DNA of 64,000 nucleotides from Escherichia coli (GTDB lineage Bacteria; Pseudomonadota; Gammaproteobacteria; Enterobacterales; Enterobacteriaceae): NCBI RefSeq assembly GCF_044324875.1, contig NZ_CP172185.1; one strand, 5' to 3'. Shown piece by piece: positions 55,829 to 64,000 of this stretch (position 1 is its first letter; each line of letters starts with the position of its first letter). The notes under the pieces were generated by a model. It saw only the letters and a program-made list of their open reading frames with translations, ran no database searches and was not told where the DNA came from. The position numbers and the translations under genes were made by a program.

Positions 55829-56539
55829 TTACTGCCCCAAACTACTGCAATCCTGGTTCGGGTAAAATTTACCTGCCGTATCGGGCGCTAATACTTTGGT
55901 TGGCGCACCGGTATCCGGATTAGCCTCAAGCGTAAAGTGACCTTCTACTGACAGTAACATCGGTTTTTCACTATGACCGCGCGCAGCCAGGTAGCTACGC
56001 TCCAGCTCTGCATTATTCGCTACCATGAAACGTTTTCCGGTCGCGCAATCAGTGAAGGTCGCCGCATCAGCCATATAAAAATACATGCCCCGCAGGGTCA
56101 TCGGCGTCATGGGTAAACTGGATTGCGCCGGTTCCAGCGTATAGTTGAACTGCGATTCAATCGGATTACCTTCACGATCGAGCATCTCCAGCGGATCTCC
56201 TTTCGCCCGATAATATGACTTTTCACCTTTGCTGTCGGTTAATACCAGCTTGTCAGCGGTTCGCGCCCATGTACCGTAGGAAGCGAAAGAGGAAGGCTCT
56301 TCACGCGCACCAAGATAGCGTTCATTCATCACCCAGGTTCCATCTTTTTCGAGGAACAAAGAGGTTTCGATCCCTTCGCAATCGGCACACGGCAGCACGC
56401 CGCGCCAACTTTGCGGCATCGGTTTCAGTTCGGCAGCCTGCGCCGGAGAAAGCGTGTCGACTTCGGCCCGATTATTACATCCCATCAGAGTAAAGAGGCT
56501 GATTACAGCCATCGCTGTCACTATCGCTTTTTTCACCAT
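55829..56539 (-). CDS. nlpE: Envelope-stress sensor lipoprotein NlpE (CutF)
   Basis: 236-aa ORF with lipoprotein signal (LFTLMGCNN) and a CADCEG motif. Confidence 0.9.
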   Translation of the reverse strand: MVKKAIVTAMAVISLFTLMGCNNRAEVDTLSPAQAAELKPMPQSWRGVLPCADCEGIETSLFLEKDGTWVMNERYLGAREEPSSFASYGTWARTADKLVLTDSKGEKSYYRAKGDPLEMLDREGNPIESQFNYTLEPAQSSLPMTPMTLRGMYFYMADAATFTDCATGKRFMVANNAELERSYLAARGHSEKPMLLSVEGHFTLEANPDTGAPTKVLAPDTAGKFYPNQDCSSLGQ

Positions 56540-56552
56540 CCATTCCTTCTTT

Positions 56553-56975
56553 TTATTCCCGACCGCTGCGCACTTTGCCGCGCATCGCCTTCACGCTTGA
56601 TTTTTGTGCTTTCGATGCCAGTCTGCGCTCTTTTGATGCGCGGGTGGGCCGCGTGGGTCGTCGGGCTTTTTGTTCTGTTGTTAAATCTTTAATCACTGCC
56701 ACCAGCCGGGCCAGCGCCGCTTCGCGGTTGAGCTCCTGATTGCGGTATTCCTGTGCCTTAATGACAATCACCCCATCACTGCTGATCAAGTGATGGCTGG
56801 CGGCGAGCAGACGTTCTTTGTAATACTCTGGCAGGCTGGACGCCCGAATGTCAAAACGCAGATGAATAGCCGTTGAGGTCTTATTAACATGCTGCCCGCC
56901 CGCGCCCTGCGCACGAATGGCGGTGATCTCAAGCTCACCATCGGGGATAGCAACATGTCGGGAAATCACAATCAT
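56553..56975 (-). CDS. arfB: Peptidyl-tRNA hydrolase ArfB (YaeJ)
   Basis: 140-aa ORF with GGQ motif ([18 protein letters not shown]) and a basic C-terminal tail. Confidence 0.92.
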   Translation of the reverse strand: MIVISRHVAIPDGELEITAIRAQGAGGQHVNKTSTAIHLRFDIRASSLPEYYKERLLAASHHLISSDGVIVIKAQEYRNQELNREAALARLVAVIKDLTTEQKARRPTRPTRASKERRLASKAQKSSVKAMRGKVRSGRE

Positions 56976-57517
56976 GAAGGTTGTTGCCAGGCGGTTAAGT
57001 TCACTTCCAGATTATTCTTATCATCCGATAACCAGATCACGCCATCCTGAATCGTTGCCTGCAGCGTCATGGTACGATCGGCAAAGGCGCTCACTTTCGC
57101 CAGTTGTTCATCGTCCAGATACCAGATGGAAAGATTGGAAAACTGCGCGCATTTGCTCTGATTTTGCTGCCACCAGATTTGCGCCGCCCGACTATTATAG
57201 GCAAACAGCGCCACTTCTGCGGCCTGGGTGCAGGCTTTCTTAATCCGTCGCTCATCCGGCAGCCCCAGCTCGATCCACAAATCAATGCCCAAATGATCGT
57301 TACGCAGCCACGCTTCCGGCTCATCATCGGCACACAAACCACGGGTAAATTGCAGACGTTCATCAGCATATTTCAGCCACGCCAGCAGGCGCAGCATCAT
57401 GCGCTCCTGGGTTTCTGAAGGGTGGCGCGCCAGCGTCAGAGAGGCATCGAGAAACTGGTTGCGGTCGAGATCGGCCACATTAACCGTCGCTTTATAAATT
57501 GTCGCTTTAAGCGCCAT
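56972..57517 (-). CDS. yaeQ: YaeQ-family protein
   Basis: 181-aa [24 protein letters not shown]...; overlaps the arfB start. Confidence 0.88.
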   Translation of the reverse strand: MALKATIYKATVNVADLDRNQFLDASLTLARHPSETQERMMLRLLAWLKYADERLQFTRGLCADDEPEAWLRNDHLGIDLWIELGLPDERRIKKACTQAAEVALFAYNSRAAQIWWQQNQSKCAQFSNLSIWYLDDEQLAKVSAFADRTMTLQATIQDGVIWLSDDKNNLEVNLTAWQQPS

Positions 57518-57682
57518 AAGAAAACTCCTTTCGAATCAGGAGGCCATTGTAACGGAATACGTGCAGATGCGGCGCTGATATTGCAGAAATGAGTGTGTTA
57601 TAGTCACCTTGCGAAACAGAGTTTATCTTCGTAGGCTTAGACTTGCATCCACGGTTAAGTCAGAGTGCTGACAGGAGGGCAT

Positions 57683-57883
57683 GTGGAAAAATATTGTGAG
57701 TTAATACGCAAGCGGTACGCGGAAATCGCCAGCGGAGACTTAGGATACGTTCCGGACGCGCTGGGCTGCGTTTTGAAAGTGCTGAATGAAATGGCTGCCG
57801 ACGACGCCCTTTCTGAGGCTGTCAGGGAAAAAGCAGCATACGCTGCGGCAAACTTACTGGTGAGCGATTATGTCAATGAATGA
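57683..57883 (+). CDS. yaeP: UPF0253 protein YaeP
   Basis: 66 aa from GTG 57683 (translation [27 protein letters not shown]...) with SD aggaggg 4 nt upstream; the track ORF begins at an upstream GTG (57665). Confidence 0.8.
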
Positions 57884-58130
57884 TACGTATCAACCAATCA
57901 ATTGTGATGATTACGATAATCTTGAGCTCGCCTGCCAGCATCATTTAATGCTGACACTTGAGCTGAAAGATGGCGAAAAATTGCAGGCGAAGGCCAGCGA
58001 TTTAGTCTCCCGCAAAAATGTGGAGTATCTGGTCGTCGAGGCCGCTGGTGCAACCCGCGAACTACGTCTGGATAAAATTACCAGCTTTAGCCACCCGGAA
58101 ATCGGTACGGTGGTGGTGAGCGAGTCCTGA
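57876..58130 (+). CDS. rof: Rho-specific inhibitor of transcription termination Rof (YaeO)
   Basis: 84 aa [23 protein letters not shown]...; start could be 57870. Confidence 0.88.
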
Positions 58131-58178
58131 TTGACTTTCGCCGGATGCGACGTTTGAAGCGTCTTATCCGGCTTTCAC

Positions 58179-59477
58179 TTAACTAAGCGTTTTCTGCCAG
58201 ACAAAACTGACGCCATTCTCACCTTCAGCCACACCTTCTTGCGTCATAAATACCCCTGCCGCCGCAATCAACGTTTCGCCATAAAACAGCAGTGGCGTGG
58301 TGTCACGTAGCCACGGCGGCACGCCCAGCTCCTGCCAGATTTTCTTCAGCTTACGTCCGCCGTTGCGCCCGATAATATGCAGCAATCCTGGCGCTTTGAA
58401 ACGCACGCTGACCGCTTCGTCTGCACGAGGAGGGCGAATATCGCCTCCCGCAGTAAGCTGTACACTTCCCAGCCCCGCCGGTAATTCCAGCGGTTGTAGC
58501 CACGTCTGCCACGGCACAATGGTTTCGCTTTGCCCGGCAACGGATTTAATCCACCACAGTTGCGACTGATAGCGGCGGATTTCAAACGCGCCCAGACGTA
58601 AACAGGGGGAAGCATCTTCCCGCGCCAGCGCCACTTCCTGCCAGATCCTCACCAACGCGTCGCGGGAAGGCATCGGTGCATTCTTCCCTGCCAGCCAGCG
58701 GCGGATAATCGCCGCGCGACGGGCATCACTCATCGCCAGCATTGGCGCAATCTGCAGCGTCCCCTGCGGCGATTGACAGTGTGCTATATCATCCGCCAGC
58801 AGTTCATCTAACAGGCTCTCTTGTTCAGCGCAAAGCGCAGCGCTGCGGGCCGTTGCTTCGGCAAAATGCGGCCAACGCTGCTGCAATAACGGCACCACGC
58901 GCAGGCGCAGGAAGTTACGATCGTAGCTATCATCCTGATTACTTTCGTCTTCAATCCAGCGTAAACCATGCGCCAATGCCCACTGCTCCAGTTCCCCCCG
59001 CGTGCGGGCGAGCAACGGGCGGATAAGCCGTGTTCCGGCAAACTCCGAAACTTCCCCCATAGCCGAAAGCCCGGCAGGGCCGCTACCGCGTTTTAGCGCC
59101 AGCAGAAAGGTTTCACATTGATCGTCGAGATGTTGCGCGGTGACCAGCACTTCACCGGGCAACAAGGTGCGGGCAAATGCCTGATAACGTGCCTGCCGCG
59201 CCTGGGCCTCAATCCCCAGCCCCTCTTGCGCAAGTTGTACGCGTTCGACCACCAGCGGCACCTGCCACTGTTGGCAGATGTTCTCGCAATGCCTAACCCA
59301 GGCATCGGCATTGGCACTTAAACCGTGATGCACATGGATAGCGCGTAGAGTGACGCCCGGATTTTCCGTCCGCCACTGCACCAACTGATGCAGCAAAACG
59401 GTGGAGTCAAGCCCGCCGCTAAAGGCCACCAGAATCTGGCGTGAGGTGAGAAATTGTCTATTGAGCGTGAGTGTCAT
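58179..59477 (-). CDS. tilS: tRNA(Ile)-lysidine synthetase
   Basis: 432-aa ORF with PP-loop motif SGGLDS near the N-terminus. Confidence 0.92.
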   Translation of the reverse strand: MTLTLNRQFLTSRQILVAFSGGLDSTVLLHQLVQWRTENPGVTLRAIHVHHGLSANADAWVRHCENICQQWQVPLVVERVQLAQEGLGIEAQARQARYQAFARTLLPGEVLVTAQHLDDQCETFLLALKRGSGPAGLSAMGEVSEFAGTRLIRPLLARTRGELEQWALAHGLRWIEDESNQDDSYDRNFLRLRVVPLLQQRWPHFAEATARSAALCAEQESLLDELLADDIAHCQSPQGTLQIAPMLAMSDARRAAIIRRWLAGKNAPMPSRDALVRIWQEVALAREDASPCLRLGAFEIRRYQSQLWWIKSVAGQSETIVPWQTWLQPLELPAGLGSVQLTAGGDIRPPRADEAVSVRFKAPGLLHIIGRNGGRKLKKIWQELGVPPWLRDTTPLLFYGETLIAAAGVFMTQEGVAEGENGVSFVWQKTLS

Positions 59478-59541
59478 GATGGTGCGATTTTACAGTAGCA
59501 ATGCCCGGCACGTTACCGGGCAAATGCGGCGATGACAAGCC

Positions 59542-59931
59542 TTACTGCTCATACAGTTCCAACGGCAGCCCGTCCGGATCGTTAAAGAACGTGAAGCGTT
59601 TTTGCGTGTATGGATCGACACGGATGGCTTCACACTTCACGTTATGGCTTTCAAGGTGCGCCACTGCCGCATCGATATCATCAACGCTAAAAGCCAGATG
59701 ACGCAGGCCGCAAGCTTCCGGTCGGCTGGGGCGCTCCGGCGGGAACGGAAATGAGAAAAGCTCAATCACATATTGCCCATTAAGCGCCAAATCCCCTTTC
59801 CACGAGTCGCGCGCTTCGCGATAGACTTCGCTTTGCAGCGTGAAACCAAGAATATCGCAGTAGAAAGCTTTGCTCACCGCATAATCCGTCGCAATAATCG
59901 CAATATGGTGAACCTGTTTTAAATCCAGCAT
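59542..59931 (-). CDS. yaeR: Glyoxalase/VOC-family protein YaeR
   Basis: VOC-fold sequence (VHHIAIIATDYAVSKAFYCDILGF); start ambiguous (59958 or 59931). Confidence 0.8.
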   Translation of the reverse strand: MLDLKQVHHIAIIATDYAVSKAFYCDILGFTLQSEVYREARDSWKGDLALNGQYVIELFSFPFPPERPSRPEACGLRHLAFSVDDIDAAVAHLESHNVKCEAIRVDPYTQKRFTFFNDPDGLPLELYEQ

Positions 59932-59987
59932 AACGTCTCCTTTATTTGTTAACAGCACGTTACTCGCCCGGAAGCCGCTCTGGCAAG

Positions 59988-62129
59988 TTATCCCGCCATT
60001 TTTAGGACTCGTACGCGGTAAACGCCGTCTTCGTCCTGTTTCGCGCCGTGAATATCCGTTTCAAAACCGGGGTAATGTTGCCCTACGGAACAAAGCATCA
60101 GTAGAAAATCGAGTACTGTGCGGCTCTCTTTGGTCAGCATTTCTCCCGGCATCAGCAGCGGTACGCCAGGTGGATAAGGCAGGATCATATTTGCCGATAC
60201 TCTACCGACCAGTTGTTCCAGCGCAATGGTTTCTACTTCACCTTTAATCTGTCTCTGCCATGCCTGATGTGGCGTCATGATCATCTCCGGCAAGGTATCA
60301 AATGCCCGCAACATCAAACCGGGAAGATCGTGTTTACGAATCAGCTTATGGATCCCTTGCGCCAGATCCTGAATGCGCATATTGCGGTAGAAATCGGGAT
60401 CTTCAGCATAGAGATCGGGCAGCATATTTTTGATCCGCAGGTTGAGATCGTAAGAGCGCTTAAATTCCGTCAACCCACGCAATAATCCCATTGCTTTGGT
60501 TTTATCGATTCCAATACTAAAGAGAAACAGCAGGTTATAAGGACCGGTTTTCTCTACTACGATCCCTCGTTCGTCGAGGAATTTTGCTACCAGCGCCGCC
60601 GGGATCCCCTCCTCGCTCATATTGCCCTGCTCGTCCATCCCCGGTGTCAAAATAGTGACTTTAACCGGATCGAGAAACATATGATCGGCATCCGCATCGT
60701 TAAAGCCGTGCCACTGTTCGCCAGGCGCAACGGGCCAGCATTCGGCTTCATCCACCTGCGGCGGTTGCCAGATATCGAAAAACCAGCCGTCAGACTCTTC
60801 CCGCAGCCGCTGGACCTCTTTGCGAAAATGCAGCGCCCGCTCCACCGAACGGTTAATCAGCCGTTTGCCCGGATTACCACGCAGCATCGCCGCCGCCGTC
60901 TCAACCGAAGCAACAATGGGATAACTGGGCGAGGTGGTGGTATGCATCATAAAGGCTTCGTTAAACGCCTCTTCGTCATACTCGCCTTTAATGTGGATCA
61001 GCGAAGCCTGCGATAACGCCGCCAGCATTTTGTGGGTCGATTGCGTTTCGAAGATCACTTTTCCCGCAACACGCTCGCCGCTCATACCACTTTTACCCTG
61101 GTAGATCGGATGAAAATGGGTGTACGGCACCCAGGCGGAATCGAAGTGGATCGAGGGGACATCCAGCGTCTGTTTGATCCAGTCGGTGTTGTAGAGCAAG
61201 CCATCATAGGTTGAGTTGGTGATCACCGCATGAACCGGCCATTGTGCTTGCGTGGTGGCAGCGACTTTCTCTTCGATACTGTCGCGAGAAAATTCACGGC
61301 GCGGGATCCCACCAAGAATCCCCAACGCATTACGCGTCGGTTTCAGCCAGACTGGCACTACATCGTTCATCATCAACAGATGCGCCAGCGATTTATGACA
61401 ATTGCGGTCAATTAACAGCGTACTGCCGGATGGCGCGGCGTACATACCCACAATTTTGTTCGACGTCGATGTTCCGTTGGTAACGATATAACTCTGTTCC
61501 GCGCCAAAAGTCCGCGCGATGTACTCTTCTGCTTCCAGGTGTGGCCCGGTGTGGTCGAGCAACGAACCAAGCTCGGTAACCGAAATAGAGACATCAGCCT
61601 TAAGAGTATTCCCGCCGAAAAAATCATAAAACAGACAGCCAACCGGGCTTTTTTGATATGCGGTGCCGCCCATATGACCCGGCGTACAAAAGGTGTACTT
61701 CCGCTCTTTGACGTAGGTAAACAAGGCTTTCGTGAACGGCGGTGTAATGTTATCAAGATATTCGTTGGTGTACTGACGCATACGAATGGCGATATCTTCC
61801 GCCTGCCCCAGCGCATATTCAAAAAACCAGAGCGCCATCCGCATATCCTGCACGCTGACATCCATCGTCGAGTGGGTGTTGATGAAGGCATAAAGCGGGA
61901 GATATTCATTAAGCTGATTGATATCGCTACATAAATCGAGACTGTACTCATCCCAGTCAAAAATCACGCCGCAAATTCGAGGGTTATGTTCGATAAATTT
62001 CAGCAAATCAACGCTGTTCTGTGGCCAGATAATCTGAAAGCCTTGCGCCACCAGCGCCGACTCCAGTTCTTTGATGGGCTCATCTTTATAAAAGACGCCA
62101 TGCGGTCCCATAATGGCAATGATGTTCAT
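59988..62129 (-). CDS. ldcC: Constitutive lysine decarboxylase
   Basis: 713-aa ORF MNIIAIMGPHGVFYKDEPIKELESALVAQGFQIIWPQNS...; fold-III PLP decarboxylase; next to accA. Confidence 0.92.
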   Translation of the reverse strand: MNIIAIMGPHGVFYKDEPIKELESALVAQGFQIIWPQNSVDLLKFIEHNPRICGVIFDWDEYSLDLCSDINQLNEYLPLYAFINTHSTMDVSVQDMRMALWFFEYALGQAEDIAIRMRQYTNEYLDNITPPFTKALFTYVKERKYTFCTPGHMGGTAYQKSPVGCLFYDFFGGNTLKADVSISVTELGSLLDHTGPHLEAEEYIARTFGAEQSYIVTNGTSTSNKIVGMYAAPSGSTLLIDRNCHKSLAHLLMMNDVVPVWLKPTRNALGILGGIPRREFSRDSIEEKVAATTQAQWPVHAVITNSTYDGLLYNTDWIKQTLDVPSIHFDSAWVPYTHFHPIYQGKSGMSGERVAGKVIFETQSTHKMLAALSQASLIHIKGEYDEEAFNEAFMMHTTTSPSYPIVASVETAAAMLRGNPGKRLINRSVERALHFRKEVQRLREESDGWFFDIWQPPQVDEAECWPVAPGEQWHGFNDADADHMFLDPVKVTILTPGMDEQGNMSEEGIPAALVAKFLDERGIVVEKTGPYNLLFLFSIGIDKTKAMGLLRGLTEFKRSYDLNLRIKNMLPDLYAEDPDFYRNMRIQDLAQGIHKLIRKHDLPGLMLRAFDTLPEMIMTPHQAWQRQIKGEVETIALEQLVGRVSANMILPYPPGVPLLMPGEMLTKESRTVLDFLLMLCSVGQHYPGFETDIHGAKQDEDGVYRVRVLKMAG

Positions 62130-62228
62130 GTGTTCCTCCTGGAAAATCCTTCCTTAATCATAGCCTGCTCAAACCGTGGCGATAAAAAAGGGCCACCGAA
62201 GTGACCCCTTTTTCAGAACTTTTGCGAA

Positions 62229-63188
62229 TTACGCGTAACCGTAGCTCATCAGGCGCTGATAACGACGATTTTTTAAATCTTCAGTGCTTAACACGTCGAG
62301 ATCGGCCAGATCCGCCAGCAGTTGCGCTTTCAACGATGCCGCCATCGCTTCCGGGTTACGGTGAGCACCACCCAGCGGTTCCGGGATGATGGAGTCGATC
62401 AGTTTCAGTTCTTTCAGACGCGGAGCAATGATACCCATCGCTTCAGCCGCCAGCGGCGCTTTGTCGGCGCTCTTCCACAGAATGGACGCACAACCTTCCG
62501 GCGAGATAACGGAATAGGTGCTGTATTGCAGCATATTCACTTTATCGCCCACGCCAATCGCCAGCGCGCCGCCAGAACCACCTTCACCGATAACGGTACA
62601 AATAGTCGGTACGCTAAGGAGAGACATTTCACGCAGGTTGCGTGCAATGGCTTCAGACTGACCGCGCTCTTCTGCGCCCACGCCCGGATAAGCCCCCGGG
62701 GTGTCGATAAAGGTGATGATTGGCATCTTAAAGCGTTCAGCCATTTGCATCAGACGCAGTGCTTTGCGGTAACCTTCTGGCGCTGGCATACCAAAGTTAC
62801 GGCGAATTTTTTCTTTGGTTTCACGACCTTTTTGATGACCAATGATCATCACCGGACGACCATCGAGACGGGCGATACCACCGACGATAGCTTTATCGTC
62901 TGCATACGCGCGGTCGCCAGCCAGTTCGTCAAATTCATCAAATGCCAGGCGAACGTAATCCAGGGTATAAGGACGCTGTGGATGGCGTGCCAGTTGCGCA
63001 ATCTGCCATGCACCAAGATCGGCGAAGATTTTACGCGTCAGTTCTACGCTTTTTTCACGCAGACGATGCACTTCTTCATCGATGTTAATATCCAGTTTCT
63101 CATCCTGACGGCTAACCGCAGTCAGAGAATCGATTTTCGCTTCCAGCTCTGCAATCGGCTGTTCAAAATCAAGGAAATTCAGACTCAT
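62229..63188 (-). CDS. accA: Acetyl-CoA carboxylase carboxyltransferase alpha subunit
   Basis: 319-aa [25 protein letters not shown]...; AccA sequence. Confidence 0.95.
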   Translation of the reverse strand: MSLNFLDFEQPIAELEAKIDSLTAVSRQDEKLDINIDEEVHRLREKSVELTRKIFADLGAWQIAQLARHPQRPYTLDYVRLAFDEFDELAGDRAYADDKAIVGGIARLDGRPVMIIGHQKGRETKEKIRRNFGMPAPEGYRKALRLMQMAERFKMPIITFIDTPGAYPGVGAEERGQSEAIARNLREMSLLSVPTICTVIGEGGSGGALAIGVGDKVNMLQYSTYSVISPEGCASILWKSADKAPLAAEAMGIIAPRLKELKLIDSIIPEPLGGAHRNPEAMAASLKAQLLADLADLDVLSTEDLKNRRYQRLMSYGYA

Positions 63189-63200
63189 AGTATTCCTGTA

Positions 63201-64000
63201 TTAGTCAAACTCCAGTTCCACCTGCTCCGAACCAATGAGGCCACGGAGATCGTTTAATAAACGATCGCTCGGAGAGACACGCCACGTCGCGCCAAAACGC
63301 AACCGCGCGCGTGCATCCGCCCTCTGATAGTAGAGATGTACTGGAATTGTCCCAGAGCGGTGGGGTTCCAGAGACTGACGGAGTCGGTTTAAAAGCTGGT
63401 CATCAATTTGCCTGTCCGTCAGCGAGATAGCAAGCCCGCGAGCATATTTTTCCCGGGCTTCGTCAATATCCATCACTTCGCGAGCGGTCATTTTAAGCCC
63501 ACCGCTGAAGTCATCAAAGCTGACCTGTCCGCTGACGATAAGTATGCGGTCTTTTTCCAGCAATTGCTGGTATTTATCCAGGGCGTCAGTAAACAACATC
63601 ACTTCCAGCCGCCCGGAACGGTCATCCAGCGTGCAGATACCGATACGATTGCCGCGCTTGGTGACCATAACCCGCGCGGCAACAACGAGCCCCGCAGCCG
63701 TGATGACTTTACCACGTTCTGTCGGGTGCATGTCTTTCAGCCTTACGCCTCCGACATAACGCTCAATCTCTTTTAAATACTGGTTGATAGGGTGTCCCGT
63801 CAGGTACAGACCTAACGTTTCACGTTCCCCATCTAACACCACCTGCTCCGGCCACGGTTGGCAGCTGGCGTAGGATTGTTCAATTTGTTCCGGCTCTTCG
63901 GCCAGCACGCCGAACATATCGGCCTGACCGATAGCTTCCGCTTTCGCGTGTTGATCTGCCGCTTTTAACGCATCGCCCAGCGAGTTCATCAGCGCCGCGC
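63201..64000 (-). CDS. dnaE: DNA polymerase III alpha subunit, C-terminal part (gene runs off the window end)
   Basis: The ORF ends ...[12 protein letters not shown] at 63201 and is open to the window edge; matches the DnaE C-terminus. Confidence 0.88.
   Translation of the reverse strand, partial: AALMNSLGDALKAADQHAKAEAIGQADMFGVLAEEPEQIEQSYASCQPWPEQVVLDGERETLGLYLTGHPINQYLKEIERYVGGVRLKDMHPTERGKVITAAGLVVAARVMVTKRGNRIGICTLDDRSGRLEVMLFTDALDKYQQLLEKDRILIVSGQVSFDDFSGGLKMTAREVMDIDEAREKYARGLAISLTDRQIDDQLLNRLRQSLEPHRSGTIPVHLYYQRADARARLRFGATWRVSPSDRLLNDLRGLIGSEQVELEFD

Overview
This window is an Escherichia coli-type chromosomal segment whose conserved backbone (fadE, ivy, yafV ... aspV, dnaQ, rnhA, yafS, gloB, mltD, yafE, yafD, yafC, dkgB, a complete minus-strand rrnH operon, gmhB, metNIQ, rcsF, trmO, proS, yaeF, nlpE, arfB, yaeQ, yaeP, rof, tilS, yaeR, ldcC, accA and the 3' end of dnaE) is interrupted between yafV and tRNA-Asp (aspV) by a roughly 30 kb type VI secretion system (T6SS) island. 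The island has a full set of core genes in one plus-strand operon (tssB, tssC, tssE, tssF, tssG, fha, tssJ, tssK, tssL, clpV, vasI-like, tssA, tssM, tagA-like, hcp), a divergent minus-strand hcp-vgrG operon, and an AT-rich cargo region. The most interesting part is the cargo module downstream of vgrG: a DUF4123-type adaptor, a 523-aa cysteine-rich protein with no motif I can recognise (candidate effector), and a 336-aa signal-peptide protein (candidate immunity). Beyond it lie an ISAs1-family (H-repeat) transposase, an internally deleted second H-repeat copy, and two further AT-rich orphan ORFs. All gene names are assigned from recalled protein sequences and gene order, not from database searches; ends taken from stop codons are firm, while several starts are judgement calls.
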